From: Candidatus Bathyarchaeota archaeon
GTDB taxonomy: Archaea > Thermoproteota > Bathyarchaeia > Bathyarchaeales > Bathycorpusculaceae
NCBI GenBank assembly: GCA_963717465.1
Contig: OY970340.1
Location: 1,280,001-1,344,000, forward strand
DNA length: 64,000 bases
Direction: 5' to 3'
In this document: positions 42,422-52,798 of the stretch, in pieces
Layout of the letters: each line of letters starts with the position of its first letter
Position numbering within the stretch: position 1 is the stretch's first letter
The notes under the pieces: model-generated
Told to the model about the DNA's origin: nothing
What the model saw: only the letters and a program-made list of their open reading frames with translations
Databases searched by the model: none
Made by a program: the position numbers and the translations under genes

Positions 42422-44116
42422 ATGCCAGAACATTTTATTGAATTAGCGAAATTGCTGGAAAGAATTGAAACTACAAAAAAACGGTTGGAAATTATAGATT
42501 TAACTGCTAACTTCCTTAAGACGTTGAGCTCAGACGAAGTTGAGCCTGCAATTTCAATGATGGTTGGAAGGTCATTTCCAAAGTGGAGCCAGAAAACGCT
42601 TGATGTAAACTGGTCGACTCTTACCCGCATTCTTCAAAATATAACGCGTTTTAACTGGGACCTCTTTAGGGAAGCGTTCAGCAGGACAGGTGATGTTGGT
42701 TCTGCGACAAAGGCTGTTCTTGAGGAAAGTGCAGTTAAACGGCAAGTTTTGCTGGTAGAGAAATCCTTGACTATACTGGAAGTTAGACGCCTGCTTGAAG
42801 CCATTGCTCAAGCTTCAGGTTCCGGCTCAAGAGAAAGAAAAAACCGGCTGATTACTGTGCTTTTAAGCCAGGCTAAACCGGTTGAAGCAAAATTTCTCAT
42901 TAAAATCCTCACGGGAGAAATGCGTACGGGTTTACATGAGGGTTTAATGGAGCAAGCAGTTGCCTCAGCCTTTTGGGTTCCCTTGCATCTAGTGCAGCGC
43001 GCAGGAATGATTGCCGGTGATATCGGCGAAGTAGCAGCAATAATTAAGGCGAAGGGAAGTGAAGGCTTAGAGAACATTGGCTTTAGAGTTTTTAGACCTG
43101 TAAAACTGATGCTTGCCCAAACAGCAAAGGACGTTCAAGAAGCGTTAAATGTGCAAAGTGGCAAGACAGCGTTTGAATACAAGATTGATGGCGCAAGAAT
43201 CCAAATCCACAAACAGACCAGCGAAGTGAAGATTTTTAGTCGAAGACTAACCGATGTAACTGAGAGTTTGCCAGAAATAGTTGAAAATGTAAAAGGCAAC
43301 GTTACTGCGGACTCTGTTATTATGGAGGGTGAAGTCGTGGCTTTAGACAGTGCAGGTTATCCGATTGCTTTTCAACATTTAATGCGCCGCTTCAAACGAG
43401 TCCGCGACGTAAGTCAAATGGCAAAAGAAATGCCCCTGACGCTTTACTTGTTTGATATTCTCTATTTAAACGGTGAAAGTCTAATTGGGCTGCCGTACTT
43501 GCAGCGTCGGCAAATTCTTGCTCAAAACGCGAAAGAAATCCCCTTGACAAAGCAGGTTATTACTGACCAGGTTGAGCAGGCAGCAAGTTTTCTTAATGAA
43601 GCCCTTGAAGCTGGGCATGAAGGTTTAATGGCTAAAAAGCTTGATAGTCCTTATACTCCTGGAAGTCGAGGAAAGAAATGGTTGAAAATCAAGACTGTTC
43701 TTGAACCATTGGACCTTGTTATTACAGCTGCTGAATATGGTTATGGGCGAAGAAAGGACTGGTTGTCAGATTATTATTTGTCTGCAAGAGAACCAGAAAC
43801 AGGTGGTTTTTTAACTGTGGGCAAAACTTTCAAGGGATTAACTGACGCTGAAATGATTCAAATGACTAAACAGCTCAAAGAGAATGCTCTTGGGCAAGAG
43901 GGGCATCGCGTGGATGTTCTTCCAAAGATTGTTGTCGAAGTACTATATAATGAAATTCAGAAAAGCCCAAAATACAAAAGCGAAATGGCGCTTAGATTTG
44001 CAAGAATAAGCCGAATAAGAGAGGACAAAACCCCTGAGGAATCAGACTCAATCAACAAAGTTAAGGAAATATTTGAAAAACAATTTAGGGTTAAAGGCAA
44101 ATACAAAACCAACTAA
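42422..44116 (+). CDS. lig: ATP-dependent DNA ligase
   Basis: EYKIDGAR, EGEVV, FDILY, EGLMAK, WLKIK, ALRFAR..REDK. Confidence 0.97.
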   Translation: MPEHFIELAKLLERIETTKKRLEIIDLTANFLKTLSSDEVEPAISMMVGRSFPKWSQKTLDVNWSTLTRILQNITRFNWDLFREAFSRTGDVGSATKAVLEESAVKRQVLLVEKSLTILEVRRLLEAIAQASGSGSRERKNRLITVLLSQAKPVEAKFLIKILTGEMRTGLHEGLMEQAVASAFWVPLHLVQRAGMIAGDIGEVAAIIKAKGSEGLENIGFRVFRPVKLMLAQTAKDVQEALNVQSGKTAFEYKIDGARIQIHKQTSEVKIFSRRLTDVTESLPEIVENVKGNVTADSVIMEGEVVALDSAGYPIAFQHLMRRFKRVRDVSQMAKEMPLTLYLFDILYLNGESLIGLPYLQRRQILAQNAKEIPLTKQVITDQVEQAASFLNEALEAGHEGLMAKKLDSPYTPGSRGKKWLKIKTVLEPLDLVITAAEYGYGRRKDWLSDYYLSAREPETGGFLTVGKTFKGLTDAEMIQMTKQLKENALGQEGHRVDVLPKIVVEVLYNEIQKSPKYKSEMALRFARISRIREDKTPEESDSINKVKEIFEKQFRVKGKYKTN

Positions 44117-44266
44117 CCCTCACTTTTTAAAAACCTTATTGCTTAAAATTCCTAAGAACTAAAAGAGAAAACTGGCTTTCAAAAATCCTGAAAAAAATAA
44201 GTATAGGCAAGCAAAGACCAACTAGCTTGATGTCTCTGCTATCGCCAATAATGAAAGGTTCAAGCT

Positions 44267-44785
44267 TTATGTGGCAAGCATTTTTATTATTTTCTGAACT
44301 TCTGCAACTTCAGTTCTGAGATCATCTTCAGACGTGATTCCTTGGGCAATCAGTGTTTTTGCGTGAGCTTCAAGATAACTCATCTTAGGATTTTTACGCA
44401 TGAGGTCGACTTCAATCTTCTCGTGTTTAATAACCCAAGCAATGCCGTAAGGATCAAGTTGCTTGTTGATAATGATTGTGTCTTTAGGATATGGAAAGTC
44501 AACTGTGTGTCGCTTCTTATTAAGCCACTTCGCCGCATACCAATTCATTCCGTCATAACCCGAGCCGCCTTTCTCTTCGATTCTTGAATCAACCAAAATT
44601 ACCTTCAACTTCAAGGACTTAGGAACAACAGATCGCTTCTTCATGCTTGGACGAATAATCTTTTTTGGCTTCAGCTGCGCTTCAGACTTAGAGACTGAGA
44701 TGACTTTGCCATTCTCGTTATTGAACAAATCAACAGTAATTTTGCTTTCTTCTCTCAGAGTCGAGGTAAGTGCAAAGTTGCTCAT
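44267..44785 (-). CDS. Hypothetical protein with HExxE...Y-x2-AH motif
   Basis: IKHEKIEVDLM..MSYLEAH. Confidence 0.6.
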   Translation of the reverse strand: MSNFALTSTLREESKITVDLFNNENGKVISVSKSEAQLKPKKIIRPSMKKRSVVPKSLKLKVILVDSRIEEKGGSGYDGMNWYAAKWLNKKRHTVDFPYPKDTIIINKQLDPYGIAWVIKHEKIEVDLMRKNPKMSYLEAHAKTLIAQGITSEDDLRTEVAEVQKIIKMLAT

Positions 44786-45161
44786 GCCACTTATATCAAT
44801 GCAAGCTGCACGCTTCTTTGTTTCAGTGTACGTCGTAGTAATAATTCCTCAGTATTTCTTTCTCCCAACAGCATGTAAAGCATTTATGAATCTTTAATCA
44901 GAAGCGTCAAACATTAACTATCATCAAACTATTAAGTCATGCGGCAATAGCAATAGCACTAGCAGAATTATTATTGAGACCTCTGCAACGGACAATGAAT
45001 TTCCGGAAACCGCTAAAACAACTCTTAACATAAATTGCATTTTTCGTGTTTCCAAGCTGAATAGTTTCGTCACTTAAGTGGTCGCAATTGTGAACACTTC
45101 AAGTTTATTAAAACACTTAGAACGTATTTTGTGACAGAAGTCGTGCGTGCTCTAAAAATAA

Positions 45162-46025
45162 TTGGAGAAGGTGAATAGAATGAAGTTTGATCCGAATATA
45201 TTAAACGTTAATCCGCTGTTTGCTTTGAACGAGTATATGCCCACGTATGGGGATGAATCGTTCTTTGCTGGTAATGCGGAAGAATATGTTTTGCTGTTTC
45301 TGTCTGATCGTGATGCTCTTCAAGCGGCATTACCTGAGCCTATGTTTAAAGTGGGTGAAAAACCCATTGTGAAGGTGGGGTTTACGTGGTTGAATAATTC
45401 TGCTGAGCTGGAGGGTGTTGGTGAGTATGGGATTTCCGTAGTCTTCGCCTCTGCACGGTTTGATGGGGAAAAAGATCACTTTGAAGGCGACTTTGCTTTA
45501 ATGATGCCTGAGACTAATAATTATGCTGTTGTTCATGGTCGCGAAATGTCTGGTGATGCCAAATTCTTTGTCCATATGCCTAGGCCTTACTCAACGGGTA
45601 GTAATGGCCATATGCGATGTGAGACTCGAGTGTGGAACTATGAGAATAACGCGGCAGAGTGGAAAACTTTGTATGGCGTTGATTTTGAACCAATGAAGGA
45701 ATGTGATAAAGCTGCCAAAGAAGAAATTTCAAAAATGGTTAATTCAGGACACCAGTTCACCTGGAAGGTGATATCATCCGTCGAAGGTGGCATTGAATTT
45801 GCGCATGCATATCGTTATAATTTAACGAGGAAAATAGAGCAATGCTGGCAGGGCAAATCGGGGGAATTATACCTCGGCGACATACCTAATAGAAGCTTGG
45901 TCTTGGAGCGTCACGTGATTGATGCCTTAAAGAAGCTGCCCGTGCGTGAAGTAATCGGGACATTACACTGGCGTGGCTCACTTGAGGCTATTTATGCGAG
46001 CAATCAAGGCGCTAAAATGAAGTAG
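45162..46025 (+). CDS. Acetoacetate decarboxylase-like superfamily protein
   Basis: ALQAALPEP, GREMSGDAK (Schiff-base Lys region). Confidence 0.75.
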   Translation: MEKVNRMKFDPNILNVNPLFALNEYMPTYGDESFFAGNAEEYVLLFLSDRDALQAALPEPMFKVGEKPIVKVGFTWLNNSAELEGVGEYGISVVFASARFDGEKDHFEGDFALMMPETNNYAVVHGREMSGDAKFFVHMPRPYSTGSNGHMRCETRVWNYENNAAEWKTLYGVDFEPMKECDKAAKEEISKMVNSGHQFTWKVISSVEGGIEFAHAYRYNLTRKIEQCWQGKSGELYLGDIPNRSLVLERHVIDALKKLPVREVIGTLHWRGSLEAIYASNQGAKMK

Positions 46026-46506
46026 CTATCAGATCAAACTGCAAATGTCGTATAGCAGTTGAGTTATCAATAAGATGACCCTCCTCATTTCTTTAAAATA
46101 AAGAGCATTATTTTATTTAGTGAATGAATGAAAGTTTTAATGTTTTTTCCAAACGTTGATTTTTGTTAAAAAATATTTGAGTGCAGTTTGCCCTGATTTT
46201 TAGGTGTGATGAGCGCACATGAATTGGTGGCACCTTTGAACCAATCGAGGATTACTGGTCATCTATTTTTTTTTGGATTAATATCCAATTTCTTTCCGCT
46301 GATTTTCTGCCTAGCCGACACACTTGTTTCTTTGCAACCACTATCCTCTAACCTTCTTTCTCTCTCCATCTCTTCTTCTATGGCCCTATTTTATCTGATA
46401 CAATTAAAGAAAACAAATAATGATAAATAGCATAAATGAAAATTATTGTTAATTGAAAAAATTGATATTTATACACGCGCAGATTGTGCAACAGAAGAGT
46501 TAACGT

Positions 46507-48189
46507 ATGCAGCATGATATGTCTGAAAATGGGAACGCTTGCAAGTGGGATGCTGAAGCTGATGTTATAGTGGTTGGTTTTGGTGCTTCAGGTGCAGCTG
46601 CAGCTTTAGAGGCTGCTCAGCAAGGAGCCTCAGTCTTAATAGTGGATCGTTTTCATGGTGGTGGAGCTACAGCAGCCAGTGGCGGAGTCGTCTACGCAGG
46701 TGGAGGAACAAAATATCAGAAAGCCGTGGGGTACGAGGATACTCCAGAGGAGATGTATCGCTATCTTAGACAAGAGATAAGCGACGCTGTATCAGACGAG
46801 ACACTGCGGCTATTCTGCGAACAATCAGCGGGCAATATTGCCTGGTTGGAACAAGCAGGAGTCCCTTTCGAAGCTTCCCTATGTCCCTTTAAGACTTCTT
46901 ATCCTACAGACAAGTACTTCCTTTACTTCTCAGGCAACGAAAAATACAGCCGCTACAAAGCAAATGCGAAGCCAGCACCACGCGGTCACCGAACCAGAGG
47001 AAAAGGCATTTCGGGCCTCGCACTCTTCCATGCACTGCAAAAAGCAGTACGCAGGCAGAGTGTTCAGGTTCGTTCTCAGACGCGGGTGGACCGGTTAATC
47101 TTCGATGATGACGGACAAGTAATAGGCGTAGAAGGAATATCTATTCCGCCTGGCCTTACAGCACGTCTGCACGGTGGAATCTCCTACGTCAATTCCAAGT
47201 TGACCACTTATTTACCGCCCCTGGCCATGCTGCTTCACGACATAGATAAGTTGCTCCTCAGATTGAAGGCCAAACCCTATCGCGCTAGGGCTCACAAAGC
47301 CATCATTTTAGCAGCTGGAGGCTTCATCTTTAATAAGCAAATGGTAAAAGAGTACGCTCCAATTTACTTGAATTGTTTGCCTCTGGGCACCTACGGCGAT
47401 AACGGTGCAGGCATCCGGTTGGGAGTAAGCGCGGGCGGAGTTACGTCACACATGAACAAGATTAGCGCCTGGCGATTCTATGTACCTCCAGAAGCAATGA
47501 TGCAAGGTGTACTGATCGACAAAAACGCTCAACGCATATGCAGTGAAGACCTCTATGGCGCAAAGCAAGGAGACTTTATCGCAGCGGTTGGCGGAGAAGC
47601 TTACCTGATTTTTGACAGCAAAACCTACAAGGAAGCCGTAGGAAAAATACGCGAGCAGTGCGCCTTGTTCCAGAAAATAACTATGATACCCCTGCTACTC
47701 GTAACCCGCAAGAAAGCCAAATCCTTCGTGAAACTGGCAGCCAAAATCAAAGTGCCACTGGGCGCTCTGGAACAAACAATGTCCGAATACAACACCACTG
47801 CTAGTAAGCACGAAACCGATCCGTTGGGCAAGATCGAGAAGCGCTTCGTGCCTCAGGATAAGCCGCCGTTTTATGCCATTGATTGCTCCTTCAAATCCAA
47901 GAGCGGAATACCTACCGCGTCGCTAACGTTAGGTGGCCTTGTCATTAACGAGAAGACTAGCCAAGTCGTGCGTCAAGACGGCTCATCCATTGATGGTCTC
48001 TACGCCGTAGGGCGTAACGCCGTGGGAATCACCAGCGACGGCTACTTTGCCAGCGGCAGCTCAATTGCAGACTGCATATTTTCTGGTCGACGCGCTGGTA
48101 AACACGCAGCTAGCATCCAAGCATCAACAAAAACTTTGAATGGGCGGATGGAGTTAAAGACAAATATAAACTCAATTAACACTCAATAA
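46507..48189 (+). CDS. FAD-dependent oxidoreductase, 3-ketosteroid Delta4(5alpha)-dehydrogenase-like
   Basis: VVGFGASG, GGATAASGG, LYFSGNE, AAGGF, TLGGL, GLYAVG, GYFASGSSIADC. Confidence 0.8.
   Translation: MQHDMSENGNACKWDAEADVIVVGFGASGAAAALEAAQQGASVLIVDRFHGGGATAASGGVVYAGGGTKYQKAVGYEDTPEEMYRYLRQEISDAVSDETLRLFCEQSAGNIAWLEQAGVPFEASLCPFKTSYPTDKYFLYFSGNEKYSRYKANAKPAPRGHRTRGKGISGLALFHALQKAVRRQSVQVRSQTRVDRLIFDDDGQVIGVEGISIPPGLTARLHGGISYVNSKLTTYLPPLAMLLHDIDKLLLRLKAKPYRARAHKAIILAAGGFIFNKQMVKEYAPIYLNCLPLGTYGDNGAGIRLGVSAGGVTSHMNKISAWRFYVPPEAMMQGVLIDKNAQRICSEDLYGAKQGDFIAAVGGEAYLIFDSKTYKEAVGKIREQCALFQKITMIPLLLVTRKKAKSFVKLAAKIKVPLGALEQTMSEYNTTASKHETDPLGKIEKRFVPQDKPPFYAIDCSFKSKSGIPTASLTLGGLVINEKTSQVVRQDGSSIDGLYAVGRNAVGITSDGYFASGSSIADCIFSGRRAGKHAASIQASTKTLNGRMELKTNINSINTQ
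48153..48185 (+). repeat. Diverged copy of the lig 3' end
   Basis: 27/33 identity to 44090-44122; reads VKDKYKLN* versus VKGKYKTN*. Confidence 0.8.
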
Positions 48190-48209
48190 GTTGGGGGCTC
48201 ACCTGAAAA

Positions 48210-49250
48210 GTGAATGCAGCAGAAAAAGAAGCGTTCGCTTCACAATACTACAGTAGGCAAATCACCCTAAAAGAACTAGGCGAAAAAGGACAAAAGCGAC
48301 TATCAGAGTCTAAGGTTGCTGTTGTCGGCGTAGGTGGATTAGGCACAATTTCTTCGCTTTACCTTGCTTTGTCAGGTGTAGGGTACATGCGTTTAATCGA
48401 CCAAGACACTATCGAAACCAAAAACCTTCACAGACAAATCCTATACTCTGCAGCAGATGTGAATTATCCCAAAGCAGAAATCGCACAGAAACGTTTAGAG
48501 CAGCTTAACCCGCTAATAAAAATTGAAGCCGTAACAGAAAACGTACACGCAAGCAATGCTGAACGTCTGCTTAAAGGAGTGGACTGCGTTGTCGATGGAT
48601 TAGATAACATGATGACTCGTTACCTCATTAACCGTGCATGCGTAAGACTAAAAATTCCATATGTTTTCGGCGCGGCTATCGGCATCGAGGGGAACTTATC
48701 TGTTTTTTCTCCGCCTCAAACAGGCTGCCTTGAATGCCTCATGCCTAATTTATCCGACAATAACATGCAGACTTGCAGTACCCGTGGCGTTATAGGAGCA
48801 GCTCCAGGAATAATCGGTTCCATGCAAGCAATGGAAACCATAAAAGTCCTCACAGGCATGGGTTCACCCCTAAAAGGTAAACTCATGGTCTGCGACTTCA
48901 GCGACATGTACTTTACAACAGTTGATATTTCAAGAAACTCCAAATGCCCCGTCTGCCACGGCGACTTATCTTCGCTTGGAGGTCAAGAAAAACTGGCTTG
49001 GCTTTGCGGCAGAGACACGGCAAACATAAACCCTGAAAAACCATTAAACCTAACCCTTGACGCCATCTACCCAATCGTTAGCAAACAGTTTAGTGTCCGC
49101 TTGAAATCGCGTTTAGCGCTATTGTTTGAATACAAAACCTTTGAAGTTAGCCTCTTTAACGGGGGACGCATGCTAATAAAAAATGTTAAAGATGAAAAAA
49201 CAGCTTTAGAAGCTTATCATGAAATACTTAAAAAACTGAATCAGGAATAA
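48210..49250 (+). CDS. MoeB/ThiF/HesA family adenylyltransferase with C-terminal extension
   Basis: YSRQ, GVGGLG, NLHRQ, DGLDN, CLEC, TC...GV, CPVC, LCGRDT. Confidence 0.92.
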   Translation: MNAAEKEAFASQYYSRQITLKELGEKGQKRLSESKVAVVGVGGLGTISSLYLALSGVGYMRLIDQDTIETKNLHRQILYSAADVNYPKAEIAQKRLEQLNPLIKIEAVTENVHASNAERLLKGVDCVVDGLDNMMTRYLINRACVRLKIPYVFGAAIGIEGNLSVFSPPQTGCLECLMPNLSDNNMQTCSTRGVIGAAPGIIGSMQAMETIKVLTGMGSPLKGKLMVCDFSDMYFTTVDISRNSKCPVCHGDLSSLGGQEKLAWLCGRDTANINPEKPLNLTLDAIYPIVSKQFSVRLKSRLALLFEYKTFEVSLFNGGRMLIKNVKDEKTALEAYHEILKKLNQE

Positions 49251-49267
49251 ATGTCGGTATCAGGCAG

Positions 49268-50770
49268 TTGATGAACTTGCAGAACATAGACCCAATTTAT
49301 TTCTTAACCCCAATTATCGTGATAGGATTTAGCGCTGGTTTAGTCGTTTACTGGCACGTAAAAAGAAGATTTACTCTTTGGGTGCTGCTTCTATCCCTTC
49401 TTGCCTACGCAGGCGCAATAATCACTAAAGAAGTCTTCCAGTATTTCACGCTTGTACCTTTCGAATCGGCAGTCGGAGGAAATACTGCAGCTCTCGGCAT
49501 CTACTTTGGTTTGCAGACCGTGATCTTCGAAGTCGGAGGCGCATTTCTCGTAGCTTGGTACGCTTTCTCTCACGGCAAGATTAAAGCTAACGATGCCGAA
49601 GGCTATGGCATAGGACTTGCGTTTTGGGAAAACGCCGTCCTAATAGGTGGATTTTCGCTTCTTCTTCCATACATCATCTACTACGCTACATTATCAGGAG
49701 GAGGATCAGCAGCGCAACTACTCTTCTCCTCTTTGTCTAATGCAGCCCCTGTGCTCTTCTATTCTCCTTCTAGTGCCTTACCCATAATCGGCTTCTCAAT
49801 ACTGGAAAGAGTGTCGTCTCTTCTTGTTCACTTTTCATGGGGATTCCTCTGTGTACTCGCAGTAGCATACAGGAAGAAACTTTTTCTGTGGTTAGCTTTG
49901 CCTATGGGGTTCATTGATTTTCTGGTACCGTATGCCAGCATTCTCGGCGTTCAAGTCTTTGAGACGCTTATCTTTGGATTAAGCTTGTTATGCCTTTTGG
50001 TAGCTTTAGGATTCACAAAGATGACAAGGAAAAATGTCTTGCCAACTTCCTCTTCGATTGAAGGATCCAGCAGGTCTAAATCCCTTTTCCGGACAAACTT
50101 CAAGCGGGCTATAAGCTATGGTGCGGTCTACCTTGGCACTGGCCTCGTGATCTCCATCCTTTTCGGAGGCATCTTTAGTAGTATCGCATCGGTCGGTGGG
50201 TCGGTTCCATTGGCTATATTGGAAGAGTTTCCGCTTATGCTCCCAATGTTTGTTGTCATAGGCTGCTTAGGAGGTTTGATGATCTTTGTGAGCGATAGAA
50301 GCAAGGGAGTGTACGAGTATTTGATTGCTTATGGCGTTAGCACTTACGAGATTTTCTGGTCGACTGTACAGGTCACACTTGGTCTGGTAACCATAATCCT
50401 TGCAAGTTCAATCGCTGCAAATATGGTTATGTCACTTCTGATAGGAGGATCAATACAACCAGTCATGATTGAGTTGTTGCTGATCTATACGATACCGCTT
50501 AGCTATGCTGGTGCAGCATTCATGAGTATGGCTTCTATGCTCTGGTCGTCCCTGACAGTCAGGATGGTGGGAGTTAATAGTCCAGTCGGCTTAGCCCCAA
50601 TCTTGGGGATTGTGCCTGTGCTTGCAGTTTATTTTCTAGCATTGTTTGACTCAAGCGATTTCTTGCTAATTACAGTTGGTGCGACTTTAATCTTAGTAGC
50701 GTTGGTTATCGTAATGATGGTAGTGGCGAACAAGAAGATGAGTAGAGAGAGGTTGCTGTCAGATGCTTGA
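49268..50770 (+). CDS. YhfC/PrsW-like intramembrane protease fused to an ABC-2-type permease
   Basis: GLQTVIFEVG, GIGLAFWEN, ERVSSLLVHFSWG; then SDRSKGVYEYLIAYG and RERLL. Confidence 0.75.
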   Translation: MMNLQNIDPIYFLTPIIVIGFSAGLVVYWHVKRRFTLWVLLLSLLAYAGAIITKEVFQYFTLVPFESAVGGNTAALGIYFGLQTVIFEVGGAFLVAWYAFSHGKIKANDAEGYGIGLAFWENAVLIGGFSLLLPYIIYYATLSGGGSAAQLLFSSLSNAAPVLFYSPSSALPIIGFSILERVSSLLVHFSWGFLCVLAVAYRKKLFLWLALPMGFIDFLVPYASILGVQVFETLIFGLSLLCLLVALGFTKMTRKNVLPTSSSIEGSSRSKSLFRTNFKRAISYGAVYLGTGLVISILFGGIFSSIASVGGSVPLAILEEFPLMLPMFVVIGCLGGLMIFVSDRSKGVYEYLIAYGVSTYEIFWSTVQVTLGLVTIILASSIAANMVMSLLIGGSIQPVMIELLLIYTIPLSYAGAAFMSMASMLWSSLTVRMVGVNSPVGLAPILGIVPVLAVYFLALFDSSDFLLITVGATLILVALVIVMMVVANKKMSRERLLSDA

Positions 50771-51671
50771 GCGGCAGAATGGTGCAGAGAAAATAGTTGA
50801 TAAGCGATTGTCCCAAACTGAATCGTTGCCTGTTGTGCTGCTGGATTCAGTTAGCTCAGGTTACTTTGGAAGAAAAGTGTTAGATGGCATCTCTTTTCGT
50901 ATAGACGAGCCAGCAGTGTACGTTGTCTTGGGACCCAATGGAGCTGGAAAGACAACACTGTTCAGGACGCTCGCAGGCATACTAAAGCCGTACACGGGTA
51001 GGATAGAGATAGGCGGATATCCGAGCGAGTCAAAAGAAGCAAGAGAACAGCTTGATTACATCACACACATAGACGGGATACCTGAGGGCATGAACGTCAT
51101 CAATGCCCTGAGATTTTACGCGAATATAGAAGGAGCCACGGAGGCAGACGTGAGCAGAGTGATTGAGCTACTTGAACTCAGAGATCTCAGCGCCAAGCGT
51201 TATGGTCAGCTTAGTCAGGGTCAGAAGAAGAGGGTGTCTGTAGCCAGAATTTTTCTCAAGGAGAAGAAGGTTTACTTGCTGGATGAACCCACGAGCAATT
51301 TGGATCCGAAAATGGCAAGGGAGATAAGGGAACTAATATTGGGACTCAGCAAGGATAAGGTTGTCCTTTACTCGTCTCACAACCTCTTTGAGGCACGCGA
51401 AATTGGTTCCAGGGTAATTGTGATCAAGAAGGGAAAGCTTGCCCTATTCGGTAAGATATCAGAGATTAAAACAGAGAAGTATACGATTGGGATACGTATT
51501 CTCGGCGTGCAAGATGTGGCCGGCTCCATAGGGAAAGAAGGAGACTATCACCTATTTGAGTTACAGGGACCTGAGGAAGTTCCTAGTTTAATCGCCGAGC
51601 TGTCAGGAAAAGGTGTGCAGATTCGAGAAGTTAAAGAAATGCAGAATCCTCTGGAAGAATTGTTTAAATGA
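50763..51671 (+). CDS. ABC transporter ATP-binding protein
   Basis: GPNGAGKTT, LSQGQ, LDEPT, SSHNL. Confidence 0.95.
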   Translation: MLERQNGAEKIVDKRLSQTESLPVVLLDSVSSGYFGRKVLDGISFRIDEPAVYVVLGPNGAGKTTLFRTLAGILKPYTGRIEIGGYPSESKEAREQLDYITHIDGIPEGMNVINALRFYANIEGATEADVSRVIELLELRDLSAKRYGQLSQGQKKRVSVARIFLKEKKVYLLDEPTSNLDPKMAREIRELILGLSKDKVVLYSSHNLFEAREIGSRVIVIKKGKLALFGKISEIKTEKYTIGIRILGVQDVAGSIGKEGDYHLFELQGPEEVPSLIAELSGKGVQIREVKEMQNPLEELFK

Positions 51672-51704
51672 GCAAAATGCACGAATGAGTTCGTTCGGCT
51701 ATGT

Positions 51705-52355
51705 TTATGTTCCTTTCTGCTGCTGGACCGTTTCGTAATCTTTTCGTCGGCGTTTAGCTCCACAATTTGGGCATGTCACGTTCCCCATGCCCGGAATGGC
51801 TGAACCAAAACCCATTACCTTTTCGTCCATGGCTGGAGCTTTAAAGACTTGACCGCAGTCAGGACACTTGAGTTGCTTACCGCGGTTGCGCAATACCAGT
51901 ACCACAATGACAACAACAATTACAATTACAATCACCACTGACACTATTGTCAGCAAGTTTGCCCAAGCAGGAGTTTCAACAAAAATCTGGCTCAAAGTAG
52001 CAGTTGCTTGCTGACCAGACGAATCATAAGCTACTGCTGTAATGTTGTATTCCCCAAGTGCATAGCTGTTTGTGTTGAAACTCCAACTAAAAGGCGACGA
52101 TGTATCGTTATCTTGCAAAGTGCCGTTCAGGTAGAATTCGACACGAGTCACATCGCTTGAAACCTGGGCGTTGAGGGTAAATTGCCCGTTTATATCAGAG
52201 CCAAGGCTATATCCATCAATTCTGTTAAGAGTTAACGATATGGTTGGCGTTGCAGAAACTTGAGAAGCAAAGAAGCAATACGCTAAAAAAGTCAGCAAAA
52301 TTACCAATGCAAAGACTGGTTTTAGTTGTTTTGGGAGTCGCTGTTTTTTTGGCAA
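51705..52355 (-). CDS. Single-pass membrane protein: Ig-like domain, TM, cytoplasmic zinc ribbon
   Basis: Signal peptide, VTRVEFYLNG..PFSWSF..ITAVAYD, Val/Ile TM, CPDCG..CPNCG. Confidence 0.8.
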   Translation of the reverse strand: MPKKQRLPKQLKPVFALVILLTFLAYCFFASQVSATPTISLTLNRIDGYSLGSDINGQFTLNAQVSSDVTRVEFYLNGTLQDNDTSSPFSWSFNTNSYALGEYNITAVAYDSSGQQATATLSQIFVETPAWANLLTIVSVVIVIVIVVVIVVLVLRNRGKQLKCPDCGQVFKAPAMDEKVMGFGSAIPGMGNVTCPNCGAKRRRKDYETVQQQKGT

Positions 52356-52609
52356 TAAACTTCCTCCAGCTAAATCTGTTATTTAGATTCAGAGTTTCTT
52401 AAAAATATTCTTATCATAAAGAAAAATCTTGTTTTTCTCTATCTAAGATAGAAAAACTGTCCTAACTTAAACCAAAGATTCATCGATTTTTAAGAAATAA
52501 CTGCAGGGTTCATTTTTGGACTATAATTAAGATCAAAAAAAGCTACTCATAGAAAAGTCAAACATTTCCTGAGTTGGAGTATAAAAAGTATCATTTTTCG
52601 GGGTCTTGT

Positions 52610-52650
52610 TTAGAATAGTTTTAACCTAGGCTTAATTCGATCCATAACAC
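52610..52650 (-). repeat. Diverged copy of the arsB 3' end
   Basis: Reads VLWIELSL(G)LKLF* versus VLWIELSLGLRLF* at 53938-53979; 17-nt exact core CTTAATTCGATCCATAA. Confidence 0.9.
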
Positions 52651-52798
52651 ATGCGCGATTAAGCCAAAAAGAGACTTTTTATTCAAGCATTATTTTTTGC
52701 ATTTAAATTGTTAATGGAATGCCTGTTTTTGTTTTGGGATGGATTTGGGTATAATTCTGAAAAAGTTATTTAAGCTTTTTTGAAAAAGTTAAACCGGC

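Noticed and set aside
46206..46430. 74-aa plus-strand ORF and a short minus-strand frame in the same spacer
   Set aside because: Low-complexity composition, no motif or RBS support
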